Notes: generated by a model from the sequence alone, not told the origin. A stretch of 64,000 bases of DNA from Deltaproteobacteria bacterium (GCA_005888095.1 VBKF01000111.1:260-64259); one strand, 5' to 3'. Shown: positions 26,359 to 35,965, numbered from the stretch's first letter. Numbers and translations: made by a program.

Positions 26359-27026
26359 GCACGATCCTGCAGGCGCTCCGGGAGCTCGAGGGCAAGATCG
26401 CGCCGGCGGACGCCGCTGCCTGGACGGACGAGGACCGCAGGTGGTGGTGGGCGCTGGCGGCGGTGGCCGCTGTGACGATTCTGGTCGCGCTCGCAGGTGC
26501 GGTGTTCTTCTTCATGCGCCACGACGCGCCGGCGCCGCCCGTCGCGCAGGTCGTCCCGCAGGCGCCCGCCGCCGCGCCGGTCGCGGGGGCCGTCCCGCAG
26601 GCGCCGACACCTCCGGCCGCCGCGACGGCCGCCCCGCAGCGGCCGGTGGCGGCGCCCGTCGCGAGGGCCGTCCCGCAGCGCGCCGTGACCGCACCCGCGC
26701 CGGTGGAGCCGCCGCGCGGCAGGATGGCGACAAGCCCGCCGCCGGCGGCACCCGTCGCGCCCGCGCGTCCGGCAGCACCCGCGCCGAGCGTTGCCCGTCC
26801 GGAGCCGCCGCTGCGGTCCGCGGGGGAGCCTCGCATCCAGGTGAGCGGGATCCGATACTCGTCGTCCCCGACCGAGCGGGCCGTCACCCTCGAGGTCGAC
26901 GGGGGCAGCCCCGTCACGCTGCACCAGGGCGAGTCCGCCGGCGAGCTCGAGGTCCAGCTGATCCTGCCCGACGGGGTGTACGTCCGTCGCGGGGGCCACG
27001 TCTGGATGGTCAGCGCGGACCACTGA
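26355..27026 (+). CDS. ExeB/GspB-like protein (single TM, Pro/Ala-rich periplasmic region, conserved C-terminal domain)
   Basis: The GTG start overlaps the exeA-like stop (GTGA). It has one TM segment, WWWALAAVAAVTILVALAGAVFFF, a long AP-rich spacer, and a C-terminal beta-rich domain. Its size of 223 aa is similar to Aeromonas ExeB. Confidence 0.6.
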   Translation: MSTILQALRELEGKIAPADAAAWTDEDRRWWWALAAVAAVTILVALAGAVFFFMRHDAPAPPVAQVVPQAPAAAPVAGAVPQAPTPPAAATAAPQRPVAAPVARAVPQRAVTAPAPVEPPRGRMATSPPPAAPVAPARPAAPAPSVARPEPPLRSAGEPRIQVSGIRYSSSPTERAVTLEVDGGSPVTLHQGESAGELEVQLILPDGVYVRRGGHVWMVSADH

Positions 27027-28281
27027 GCGGCTCGTCCGTCCGGTAGCGGCGCAGCCGCGGCAGCCTTGCCGCGACGATCGCGACGACCGCGAGGCAGCCG
27101 AGTCCCCCGCTGACGACGGAGAACGTGGCGCTCGTGAGCGCGGCGACGAAGCCGGACTCCGCCGCGCCGAGCTGGTTCGACGCGCCGATGAAGATCATGT
27201 TGACGGCGCTCACGCGGCCGCGGAGCGCGTCGGGCGTCGAGAGCTGGATCGCCGTGTTGCGCAGGACGACGCTCACCTGATCGGCCATGCCGGCCGCCGC
27301 GTAGGCGACGACCGAGAGCGGGAACCAGCGCGAGAGCCCGAAGGCGATCGTCGCGATCCCGTACAGGGCGACGGCGACGAGCAGCGCCGGCCCGGCCCGC
27401 GTGATCGGACGGCGCGCGACCAACGCCGCCGAGGCGACGAGCGCGCCCAGCTCGAAGGACGACGCCAGCAGGCCATACCCCCGTGCGCCGACGTGCAGGA
27501 TCGCGGTGGCGTAGATCGGCAGCAGGGCGGAGGCCCCGCCGAAGATCACGGCGAACATGTCGACGGTCATGCAGCCCAAGATCACCTCGCTGCGCCAGAC
27601 GAAGGCCAGGCCGTCACGAATCGCCTGCAGCCGGATCCGGACGCGGGCTCCTTCGGGCGCCGGCGAGCGGAAGAGCGTGAGCGCGGCGAGCGACACCGCG
27701 GTGAGCGCCGCATCGAGCGCGTAGGCCATGCCCACGCCCGCCGCGCCGATCAGCAGCCCGGCCACGGCAGGACCGGTGGCGAAGGCGAGCGCCTGATTGG
27801 TGGCGGCGAGCGTCACGGCCCGCGGGAACGCGTCGCGGCCGACCAGCCCCGGCAGGAGCGAGGCGCGCGCCGGGTTGTCGAACGCGGCCGCGGCGGCAAC
27901 GAGCAGGATCATCCCGTAGAGCAGGGGGAGGCTCGCGGCACCGCCGCGCGTGGCCAGCCAGAGCGCCATCGAGCAGCCGAGCGACACGAGCTGCGCGATC
28001 ATCATGATCCGGCGCCGGTCGTGGGCGTCGGCCAGGGCACCGGCGACGAGCGTCAGCGGCAGCACGGGCAGGAACTGCACGATGCCGATCAGCCCGAGGT
28101 GAAAGGCGGAACGCGAGAGCGCGTAGACGTGCCACGCCACCGCGGCGCGCAGCAGCATCGAGGCGGTGGCCGTGCAGAACCGGCTCGCCAGGTAGAGCCA
28201 GAAGTCGCGCGGGAACCTCGTGGGGCCGAGCGACGCCTCGATCACTCGCTCCCCCCGGCCGCCATCGCACCGATACGTCAA
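27010..28281 (-). CDS. MFS transporter (EntS/enterobactin-exporter-like 12-TM family)
   Basis: 423-aa ORF, hydrophobic throughout, starting with the typical MFS N-terminus FPRDFWLYLASRFCTATASMLL. The exact start is uncertain. Confidence 0.8.
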   Translation of the reverse strand: MTYRCDGGRGERVIEASLGPTRFPRDFWLYLASRFCTATASMLLRAAVAWHVYALSRSAFHLGLIGIVQFLPVLPLTLVAGALADAHDRRRIMMIAQLVSLGCSMALWLATRGGAASLPLLYGMILLVAAAAAFDNPARASLLPGLVGRDAFPRAVTLAATNQALAFATGPAVAGLLIGAAGVGMAYALDAALTAVSLAALTLFRSPAPEGARVRIRLQAIRDGLAFVWRSEVILGCMTVDMFAVIFGGASALLPIYATAILHVGARGYGLLASSFELGALVASAALVARRPITRAGPALLVAVALYGIATIAFGLSRWFPLSVVAYAAAGMADQVSVVLRNTAIQLSTPDALRGRVSAVNMIFIGASNQLGAAESGFVAALTSATFSVVSGGLGCLAVVAIVAARLPRLRRYRTDEPLSGPR

Positions 28282-28346
28282 CCATGGCCCGCAGGACGCT
28301 TCAACATCAGGCTTGATCGCCGGCGGTTCCGCTGCGAGGAGGAGCC

Positions 28347-29117
28347 ATGCGCGTCCTCGTCACGGGCGGCACGGGGACCCTCGGCCGCCCGGCGGCCCGG
28401 CGTCTCCTCGAGCGGGGACACGAGGTCCGCGTCCTCACCCGCCAGCTCTCGCCCGCGTTGCCCGGCGGCGCGGCGGCCGTGCGTGGCGACCTGTCGACCG
28501 GCGCGGGTGTCGCGCAAGCGGTGGAGCGTGCGGACGCTGTCCTCCACGCGGCCTCGAACACCGGCCTCGGTCTCGGCCGGGGCGACGTCGAAGCGACGCG
28601 GCGCCTGCTCGATGCGGCGCTAGGCGCCGGCGTCGCGCACCTGCTCTACGTGTCGATCGTCGGCATCGACCGGATCCCGCTCGGCTATTACCGGCGAAAG
28701 CTCGCCTGCGAGCAGCTCGTCGCGGCGAGCGGCATCGGCCACACGATCCTCCGCGCCACGCAGTTCCACGAGCTGCTTTCGGCTGCCCTCCTCGCCGTCG
28801 AGCGGTGGCCCATCGTGCCGCTGCCGGTATCGTGGCGCTTCCAGCCCGTTGCGGCGGAGGAAGCGGCGGCGCGCGCGGTCGAGCTCGTCGTATCCGGCCC
28901 GCACGGCCGCGCACCGGACGTTGGCGGGCCCGAGGTTATGACCCTCGACGAGATGACACACATCTGGCGGTCGCGCCGCGGCCGCCCCCGCCGGATCGTC
29001 CGCATCGCGCTGCCAGGACGGGTAGCGCGCGGGTTCCGCCTCGGGCTGAACACGTGCCCGGCGAATGCCTCGGGCGGTCCGCGGTGGGTCGAGCACGTGG
29101 CGAGGATCTCGGGGTGA
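28347..29117 (+). CDS. NAD(P)-binding NmrA-like / atypical SDR family protein
   Basis: Starts MRVLVTGGTGTLGRPAARRLLERGHEVRVLTR, a Rossmann-fold GxxGxxG motif. It is preceded by a GAGGAGGAG Shine-Dalgarno sequence. Confidence 0.8.
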   Translation: MRVLVTGGTGTLGRPAARRLLERGHEVRVLTRQLSPALPGGAAAVRGDLSTGAGVAQAVERADAVLHAASNTGLGLGRGDVEATRRLLDAALGAGVAHLLYVSIVGIDRIPLGYYRRKLACEQLVAASGIGHTILRATQFHELLSAALLAVERWPIVPLPVSWRFQPVAAEEAAARAVELVVSGPHGRAPDVGGPEVMTLDEMTHIWRSRRGRPRRIVRIALPGRVARGFRLGLNTCPANASGGPRWVEHVARISG

Positions 29118-29640
29118 ATCTGACGTGACGTCCCGCGTCCCCAAGATCGTCGCTATTGATCGTCGCTATTGATCGGACGGTGCGCCGACAGCTGTGCCGA
29201 AGCGCGGGCCGGAGACCTGCCGGCCCTCGCCGGGGCCGCAGCTAACGGACTACTTCGGCTGCTCCTCCAATCGAATCAGCCCGTGCCGTCGCCAACCGAC
29301 GCGCGCGAGCCAGGTCCGTGCCGAAGCCACGGGCGGTGGCCCGATCCCGTTCGCGACGGGCGGCACGCGCCACCCGGCGAACCATGCGGCAGACGAGCAC
29401 GGATCGATCCCGGTTACGTCCTTGAGATGCTTCCGAAAATTCATCAAAGTCCGCGCGAGAAGACGCGACGAGCGCGCCGCGAACGAGTGGGAACACGCGG
29501 GCAGCGCGGAGGCAGCGGACGGCTTCCACGGACCGCAGCGTGACGTGGACCGGGTGCGCAGCGACGTGGGGCGGCCGCTGCCGGTGCGGCACGCTCGCCC
29601 TGCGGCCCGGCATGCGCTTGCGCCCCGCGCCGGGCCGGCG

Positions 29641-29664
29641 CCCACCCCGAGTACGAGGGGTGGG
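29641..29664 (-). terminator. Candidate intrinsic terminator hairpin downstream of the LLM oxidoreductase gene
   Basis: CCCACCCC-GAGTACGA-GGGGTGGG forms a perfect 8-bp GC stem about 60 nt downstream of the stop at 29724. There is no U-tract, which is common in high-GC genomes. Confidence 0.3.
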
Positions 29665-29723
29665 CAGGCAGAGCTGGACCGGTTCAGGACCTTGGCCATG
29701 AGTGAGTCACCTCCGCGTTGCCG

Positions 29724-30725
29724 TCACAATATCTCTTCGGCCAGGAGTCGCAGCACGCCCGGGTCGCGCGTCATCGCGACGAGCGTCGTGACCGGCGTCT
29801 TCCGCCAGGCGTCGAGGCGCTCGCGGATGCGGGCCGGGGGCCCGCAGAGCGCGATCTCGTCGGCCAGCTCGTCGGGCACCGCCGCGATCGCATCGCCCCG
29901 CCGGCCCTCGAGGAAGAGCTGCTGCACCCGATCGGCCGCCGCCGCGTATCCCATCCGAGCTACCTGCTCCTTCGAGAAGTTCTTCGTCCGGTGCCCCATG
30001 CCGCCGATGTAGAAGGCGAGCGTCGTCTTCACCGGGAAGAGGCACTGCGCCACGTCGTCGCCGACCACGACCTGCACGGGGCAGGCGATCTGGAACCCGG
30101 CGCGGAAGCCCTCGAGGAGCTCGCCGTAGACCTCCCGCATGCGGTAGGGCGACATGTAGAGCGGCAGCCAGCCGTCGGCGATCTCCTTCGCGAGCGCGAT
30201 GTTCCTGGGCCCCATCGCCCCGAGGTAGATCGGTACGTCGGGCCGGAGCGGTTGCCCGATCAGCTTGAGCGGCTTCCCGAGTCCGCTGCCGCCGAAGTAC
30301 GGCAGCTGGTAGTGGCGCCCCTGGAAGACGACTGGCCCCTCGCGCCGGAGCATCGTGCGGACGAGCGTGACGAACTCGCGCGTCCGCTCGAGCGGGCGCG
30401 GGAACGGCTGCCCGTACCAGCCCTCGACCACCTGCGGCCCCGACACGCCGAGTCCGAGGACGAGCCGCCCGCCCGAGAGGTGGTCGATCGTCATCGCCGT
30501 CATGGCGACGCATGCGGGCGTGCGCGCCGAGATCTGCATCACGGCCGTGCCGAGCTTGATCCGCCGGGTGCGCGCCCCGATCCAGCAGAGCGGCGCGACG
30601 GCGTCCGAGCCGTAGGCCTCCGCGGTCCACACCGAGTCGTAGCCCAGGCGCTCGGCCTCGAGGACGATGTCGATCGGGTCCTCGGGGCCGGCCATCCAGT
30701 AGCCGAGCATGAGGCCGAGTTTCAT
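29724..30725 (-). CDS. LLM-class flavin/F420-dependent oxidoreductase (luciferase-like monooxygenase fold)
   Basis: 333-aa ORF starting MKLGLMLGYW...DSVWTAEAYGSDA...GGRLVLGLGVSGPQVVEGWYG. These are typical LLM/F420-dependent reductase motifs. Confidence 0.85.
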   Translation of the reverse strand: MKLGLMLGYWMAGPEDPIDIVLEAERLGYDSVWTAEAYGSDAVAPLCWIGARTRRIKLGTAVMQISARTPACVAMTAMTIDHLSGGRLVLGLGVSGPQVVEGWYGQPFPRPLERTREFVTLVRTMLRREGPVVFQGRHYQLPYFGGSGLGKPLKLIGQPLRPDVPIYLGAMGPRNIALAKEIADGWLPLYMSPYRMREVYGELLEGFRAGFQIACPVQVVVGDDVAQCLFPVKTTLAFYIGGMGHRTKNFSKEQVARMGYAAAADRVQQLFLEGRRGDAIAAVPDELADEIALCGPPARIRERLDAWRKTPVTTLVAMTRDPGVLRLLAEEIL

Positions 30726-30814
30726 ATCCGCGTCTCACTACCACGCCCGCGCGGTTCGGCATATGCGGGCCCCGACTTGCCATCGCCCGCTCACCCGCGA
30801 TACAGTTTTGGCAA

Positions 30815-31027
30815 ATGCGTCAGACAATAACCGTTCGCCTCAGCCAAGAGCTCGCCGCCTGGCTCGAGGACGTTGCGGCGAAGACCGGCGTCTCGCAGGG
30901 CAAGATCATCCGCGACCAGCTCGAAAAGGCCAAGGCAAAGGGGTCCGGTCAGCCATTCATGCGCCTCGCAGGCGCAGTACGGGGTCCTAGGAACCTCTCG
31001 AGTCGGAAGGGGTTCTCCCGGTCTTGA
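30815..31027 (+). CDS. Type II antitoxin, ribbon-helix-helix (VapB-like)
   Basis: MRQTITVRLSQELAAWLEDVAAKTGVSQGKIIRDQLEKAK is an RHH motif. Its stop overlaps the PIN toxin gene start (TTGA). Confidence 0.7.
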   Translation: MRQTITVRLSQELAAWLEDVAAKTGVSQGKIIRDQLEKAKAKGSGQPFMRLAGAVRGPRNLSSRKGFSRS

Positions 31028-31431
31028 AAGGGATCGCGGACACCGGCTTCCTGGTCGCCTTCGCGAATCGCGGCGACCGGCATCACGAGTGGGCCGTCAG
31101 GGTCGCGGAGCGCGTGACGGAACCCCTCCTAACGTGTGAGGCCGTCCTCGCCGAGGCATCTTTCCACCTGCACAGCGTGCCGCTGGTGCTGGCCATGTTG
31201 CGCGAGGGACTCATCGCCCTCGCCTTCGATTGCAAGGACCACCTGCCGCAGCTCGCTGCGCTTGCGGATCGCTACGCCGATCGCCACCCGGATCTGGCGG
31301 ACCTGTGCCTGATCCGGATGAGCGAACTTCATCCCCGCCACAGCATCATTACCGTGGACCGGAAGGACTTTCGCGTCTATCGCCGCAACAAGCGAGAAAC
31401 AATCCCGCTCGTGTGCCCGCCGGACGCCTGA
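31024..31431 (+). CDS. PIN-domain toxin (VapC family)
   Basis: GIADTGFLVAF...D...TCEAVLAEASF...D shows the PIN acidic-residue pattern. 135 aa, with a TTG start coupled to the antitoxin gene. Confidence 0.75.
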   Translation: MKGIADTGFLVAFANRGDRHHEWAVRVAERVTEPLLTCEAVLAEASFHLHSVPLVLAMLREGLIALAFDCKDHLPQLAALADRYADRHPDLADLCLIRMSELHPRHSIITVDRKDFRVYRRNKRETIPLVCPPDA

Positions 31432-31453
31432 TCACCGGCGCCCGACACTCGCC

Positions 31454-33970
31454 GTGCAGCCCCTCCCGATCGACGCCCTCCTCCCCGACGCCGTGGCGAG
31501 CCTCCGCCGCTCGCCCCGCCTCGTCCTCCGCGCCGCCCCCGGCGCCGGCAAGACGACGCGCGTGCCCGCGGCGCTCCTCGATGCGGGCCTCGCCGGCGAT
31601 CGGCACGTCCTCGTCCTCGAGCCACGGCGGATCGCGGCGCGCGCGGCGGCGGCGTACGTCGCCCGCGAGCGCGGCGGTGCGCTCGGCGAGGAGGTGGGCT
31701 ACCGCGTGCGCTTCGAGGAGCGCGGCGGCCCCCGGACCCGGCTGTGGTTCGTGACCGAGGGCGTCTTCGGCCGCCTGCTCGCGGCCGATCCCTTCCTCGA
31801 GCGTGTCGGCGTCGTCGTCCTCGACGAGTTCCACGAGCGGCACCTGCAGGGCGACGTCGCGCTCGCCGTGGTGCGAGAGGTCCAGGAGACCGTGCGCCCG
31901 GACCTCCGCCTCGCCGTCATGTCGGCGACGCTCGAGACCGACGCGCTGGCGCGCGCGCTGGGCGACGCCGCCGTCCTGACCGCCGAAGGCCGGGCCTTCC
32001 CGGTGGCGATCGAGTACGACGAGGAGGCGGCCGCCGAGGTGCACCTCGCGACGCGCGTCGCCCGGGCGCTCCGGCGGATCCTCGACGATCCCGGGGACGT
32101 GCTGGTCTTCCTCCCGGGCGCGGCCGAGATCCGTCGCGCCGCCGAGGCGATCGGGCCGCTCGCGGCCGCACGCGGGCTCGACGTCGTCACCCTGCACGGC
32201 GATCAGCCGCTCGACGCGCAGGAGCGGGCGCTTCGCCCCGGGCCGCACCGGCGCGTCATCCTCGCCACCAACGTCGCCGAGACCGCGCTCACCGTCGAGG
32301 GCGTCACCGCCGTGATCGACTCGGGGCTCGCGCGCGTCGCCCGCCTCGAGCCGCGCCACGGGATCAACGTGCTCCGCGTGCAGCCGATCAGCCGCGCCGC
32401 CGCCGACCAGCGCGCGGGTCGGGCGGGCCGGCTCGCGCCCGGCCGCTGTCTCCGCCTCTGGTCGCGGGCCGAGCATGCCGGCAGGCGCGCCGCGGAGACG
32501 CCGGAGGTGCTGCGCCTCGACCTCACCCGCATCGTGCTCGAGCTGCACGCCTGGGCGCTCGCCGACGCGCGCCGCCTCCGCTGGCTCGATCCTCCACCGC
32601 CGCACGCGCTCGAGCGTGCCGAGCGCCTCCTCGCGCAGCTCGGCGCGCTCGAGCCGGCGACCGGGGCACTCACGCCGATCGGCCGCCGCATGCTCGAGCT
32701 GCCCGCCGAGCCGCGCCTCGCGCGCCTCCTGGTCGAGGCCGAGCGGACCGGCTCGGCCGCGGAGGGCGCGCTCCTCGCGGCGCTCGCCAGCGAGCGCGAC
32801 ATCCTGGCCGCGGGCCGGAGCTTCGGCCCATCGACGACGGCCGACTTTCCGCCCGGGCCGTCCGACCTGGAGCTCCGGGCCCGGCTCTTCGAGGATGCCG
32901 CACGGCACCGCTTCGCGGCCGAAGCCTGCCGCGCCCTCGGTCTCGACCCGGGCGCCGCGCGCGCCGTCGAGCGGGCGCGGCGCCAGCTCGCGCGCCTGCT
33001 CGGACGCGGGCCGGCGGCATCCCCGGATCCCGACGCGCTGCGCCGCGCCACGCTCGCCGGGTTCCCCGATCGCGTCGCGCGGCGGCGGGCGCCCGGCTCG
33101 CCGCGCGCCGTCATGGTGGGCGGCACGGGCGTCGTGCTCGGCCGCGAGAGCGTCGTCCGCGAGGCCGAGCTCTTCGTCGCCGTCGACCTCGAGCGCGGCG
33201 GCGGGCCGGAGGCGCGCGTCCGGGTCGCCTGCGCGATCGAGCGCGACTGGCTCGGGCCTGCCGTGCACGAGGTACGCGAGCTGGCGTTCGACCCCGAGCG
33301 CGGCCGCGTGGTCGAGCGCGCCCGCAGGTGCTACCACGACCTCGTGCTCGCCGAGACCGTGCGCACGGACGTCGACCGGAGCGCCGCGGGGGCCGTGCTG
33401 GCGGCGGTGGCCCGCGCCGATCCTGCGGCGACGGGCGCCGTCGGCGACCCCGAGCGCGAGCTCGTCGCTCGCCTCCGCTTCCTCGCGCGCTGGCTCCCCG
33501 AGCTCGGCTGGCCGGCGGATCCGGAGACGCTGCTCTCCGAGGCCATCGCCTCGGTCGCGAGCGGGTGCGTGAGCTTCGCCGAGCTCGCCGCCCGCGACGT
33601 CGGCGGTGCGCTGCTCGGCCTCCTGGCGCCCGTGCAGCGCGCCGCGCTCGACCGTGAGGCACCCGCTCGCTACCGGCTGCCGAGCGGCCGGCTCGCGCCG
33701 GTGCGCTACCCGCGCGACCGGCCGCCGGTGGTCGCGGCGCGCATCCAGGAGCTCTTCGGTCTCGCGGCCACGCCGCGCGTCGCGGCGGGCCGCGTGCCAC
33801 TCGTCCTCGAGCTGCTCGCCCCGAATGCCCGTCCGGTCCAGATCACCGACGACCTCGTCAGCTTCTGGCACACGACGTATCCCGAGGTCCGGAGGGTGCT
33901 GCGCGGGCGGTACCCGAAGCACGCCTGGCCCGACGATCCTTCGGCCGCCGCGCCGCGCCGGCCGCGCTGA
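31454..33970 (+). CDS. hrpB: ATP-dependent RNA helicase HrpB (DEAH-box)
   Basis: 838-aa ORF with a GTG start. The Walker A motif is APGAGKTTRVP. DEFHERH, SATL, the HA2 region, and a C-terminal HrpB-specific domain are present. Confidence 0.9.
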   Translation: MQPLPIDALLPDAVASLRRSPRLVLRAAPGAGKTTRVPAALLDAGLAGDRHVLVLEPRRIAARAAAAYVARERGGALGEEVGYRVRFEERGGPRTRLWFVTEGVFGRLLAADPFLERVGVVVLDEFHERHLQGDVALAVVREVQETVRPDLRLAVMSATLETDALARALGDAAVLTAEGRAFPVAIEYDEEAAAEVHLATRVARALRRILDDPGDVLVFLPGAAEIRRAAEAIGPLAAARGLDVVTLHGDQPLDAQERALRPGPHRRVILATNVAETALTVEGVTAVIDSGLARVARLEPRHGINVLRVQPISRAAADQRAGRAGRLAPGRCLRLWSRAEHAGRRAAETPEVLRLDLTRIVLELHAWALADARRLRWLDPPPPHALERAERLLAQLGALEPATGALTPIGRRMLELPAEPRLARLLVEAERTGSAAEGALLAALASERDILAAGRSFGPSTTADFPPGPSDLELRARLFEDAARHRFAAEACRALGLDPGAARAVERARRQLARLLGRGPAASPDPDALRRATLAGFPDRVARRRAPGSPRAVMVGGTGVVLGRESVVREAELFVAVDLERGGGPEARVRVACAIERDWLGPAVHEVRELAFDPERGRVVERARRCYHDLVLAETVRTDVDRSAAGAVLAAVARADPAATGAVGDPERELVARLRFLARWLPELGWPADPETLLSEAIASVASGCVSFAELAARDVGGALLGLLAPVQRAALDREAPARYRLPSGRLAPVRYPRDRPPVVAARIQELFGLAATPRVAAGRVPLVLELLAPNARPVQITDDLVSFWHTTYPEVRRVLRGRYPKHAWPDDPSAAAPRRPR

Positions 33971-34005
33971 GGGCCGCGGGATCGGCGGAGGCCCGCATCC
34001 CCGGC

Positions 34006-35514
34006 ATGGCAGTCGCGCCGCCCCGTCCGTCGTACTGGCTCACCCGCTTCCTCATCTTGCGACTCCTCGGCCTCGTCTACTTCGTCGCGTTCCTGTCGCT
34101 CGCGCAGCAGGTCCTGCCGCTCATCGGAACTGACGGCCTGCTCCCCGTGGGGCTCTTCCTCGAGCGCGTCCAGACGCACTTCGGCTCACGCCTCGCCGGC
34201 TTCCTCCAGATTCCGAGCGTCTTCTGGGTCAACGCCTCCGATCGCGTGCTGGTCGTCGCAGCCTGGGCCGGCACCGCCCTCTCGCTCGTCGTGCTCCTCG
34301 GCTTCGCCAACGCGCCCCTGCTGGCAGTCCTCTGGGCCCTCTACCTCTCCTTCGTCCACATCGGGCAGGACTGGTACGGCTACGGGTGGGAGATCCAGCT
34401 CCTCGAGACCGGCTTCCTCGCCGTCTTCCTCTGCCCCCTGCTCGACGGGCGCCCCTTCCCGCGCCGCCCGCCGCCGACGCCGGTCGTGTGGTGTCTTCGC
34501 TGGCTCGTCTTCCGCATCATGCTCGGCGCGGGGCTCATCAAGCTGCGCGGCGACCCGTGCTGGCGGAACTTCACCTGCCTCTACTACCACTACGAGACGC
34601 AGCCCCTTCCGAACCCGCTCAGCTGGCGGCTCCACTTCATGCCGCACTGGTTCCACCAGCTCGGGGTGCTCTTCAACCACCTCGCCGAGCTGGCCGCGCC
34701 GTGGTTCGCCTTCGGCCCGCGCGCGGCGCGCCACGCGGCCGGCACCGTCCTCCTCGCCCTCCAGATCTTCCTCATCCTGAGCGGCAACCTCTCGTTCCTC
34801 AACTGGCTGACGATCGTCCCGATCCTCGCCTGCTTCGACGACTCGCTCCTCGGCCGCCTCCTCCCGCGGCGGCTGGCCGCGCGCGCCGAGCGGGGGGCCC
34901 GCGAAGCAGAGCCCTCGCGCGCGCAGCAGGTCGCCGTCGCGGGGCTCGTCGCGGTCGTGGCCCTGCTCAGCATCGCGCCGGTCGAGAACCTCCTCTCCCG
35001 CCGCCAGGCGATGAACACGTCGTTCAACCGCCTCGACCTCGTCAACACCTACGGCGCCTTCGGGACGGTCGGGCGCGAGCGCCGCGAGATCGTCTTCGAG
35101 GGCACGCGCGACGAGGTGCTCGGCGACCAGACCCGCTGGCTCCCTTACGAGTTCAAGTGCAAGCCCGGCGATCCCGAGCGTCGGCCCTGCATCATCGCCC
35201 CGTACCAGTATCGGATTGACTGGCAGATCTGGTTCGCGGCCATGTCGACGGCGGACCGTTACCCGTGGACCCTCCACCTGCTGTGGAAGCTGCTGCACAA
35301 CGACCCCGGTGCGCTCTCCCTGCTGGCGACGAACCCCTTCCCCGACGCCCCGCCGCGCTGGGTGCGCGCCCGGCTCTTCCGCTACGAGTTCGCGCCCCCC
35401 GGCGACCCGAGCGGCGCCTGGTGGAAGCGGACGCCCCTCGGTCTCTGGATCGTGCCCCTGTCCGCCGACGACCCACGCCTCCGGCGCTTCCTCGCCATGT
35501 ACGGCTGGAGTTAG
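34006..35514 (+). CDS. Lipase maturation factor (LMF1)-like polytopic membrane protein
   Basis: 502-aa ORF with multiple TM segments and the LMF-family region NTYGAFGTVGRERREIVFEGT...YEFKCKPGD. Confidence 0.7.
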   Translation: MAVAPPRPSYWLTRFLILRLLGLVYFVAFLSLAQQVLPLIGTDGLLPVGLFLERVQTHFGSRLAGFLQIPSVFWVNASDRVLVVAAWAGTALSLVVLLGFANAPLLAVLWALYLSFVHIGQDWYGYGWEIQLLETGFLAVFLCPLLDGRPFPRRPPPTPVVWCLRWLVFRIMLGAGLIKLRGDPCWRNFTCLYYHYETQPLPNPLSWRLHFMPHWFHQLGVLFNHLAELAAPWFAFGPRAARHAAGTVLLALQIFLILSGNLSFLNWLTIVPILACFDDSLLGRLLPRRLAARAERGAREAEPSRAQQVAVAGLVAVVALLSIAPVENLLSRRQAMNTSFNRLDLVNTYGAFGTVGRERREIVFEGTRDEVLGDQTRWLPYEFKCKPGDPERRPCIIAPYQYRIDWQIWFAAMSTADRYPWTLHLLWKLLHNDPGALSLLATNPFPDAPPRWVRARLFRYEFAPPGDPSGAWWKRTPLGLWIVPLSADDPRLRRFLAMYGWS

Positions 35515-35615
35515 CAGCGTGCCGCAGCGGCACGTCGCGTGACACCGGTGGCACACGTGCCATCGTATTTTGGGGGCGCACGGACGGCATCGAAGTTGCT
35601 CCCGTCGGCCCGCGG

Positions 35616-35798
35616 ATGAAGACCGCGACCACGAAGGCCGGCCTCCGCCGTGACGAGCGCGGGCAGGGCCTCGCCGAGTACGCCATCACCATCGGCGTCA
35701 TCACGCTGGCCGTCATCGCCGCCGTGCAGCTCGTGGGCACGTACATCACCCCGATCTGGAACAGCGCGGCGAGCAACATCCAGTCCGCGGCGGGCTGA
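35616..35798 (+). CDS. Flp/Fap-family type IVb prepilin
   Basis: 60-aa product MKTATTKAGLRRDERGQGLAEYAITIGVITLAVIAAVQLVGTYITPIWN... The canonical Flp motif G/xxxxEY is followed by a hydrophobic stretch. It is in frame within track ORF 35265..35798. Confidence 0.7.
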   Translation: MKTATTKAGLRRDERGQGLAEYAITIGVITLAVIAAVQLVGTYITPIWNSAASNIQSAAG

Positions 35799-35965
35799 AG
35801 CGGCGAACGGCACAGCGCTTGCGTCGCGGCGCCCAGGCGCGGCCGCACGCAGGGGTGTAACTTCTTCGCCCGCCGCGTCGGGGAGCACAGCGCTGTGGCT
35901 CGGCCGGGCCAGACGTAGCTCAGCGGCGCCCTCCCGTTGTAGGGTCCTCGCCCGAGGGACGGCTC

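Noticed and set aside
29242-29699. Track ORFs 29242..29613 and 29250..29699 (minus) in the gene-poor stretch
   Set aside because: They are Arg-rich, with no start context and no motifs. I treated the region as non-coding or degenerate instead.
31744-33657. 637-aa plus-strand ORF and several minus ORFs inside hrpB
   Set aside because: They are alternative frames of the HrpB gene with more than 25% Arg and no domain signatures.
35905-35935. tRNA-like D-arm motif GTAGCTCAGCGG just upstream of the LLM gene at 35966
   Set aside because: There is no complementary GAGC to close a D-stem. No acceptor, anticodon or T-arm structure can be drawn. It is part of the 5' UTR and RBS region.
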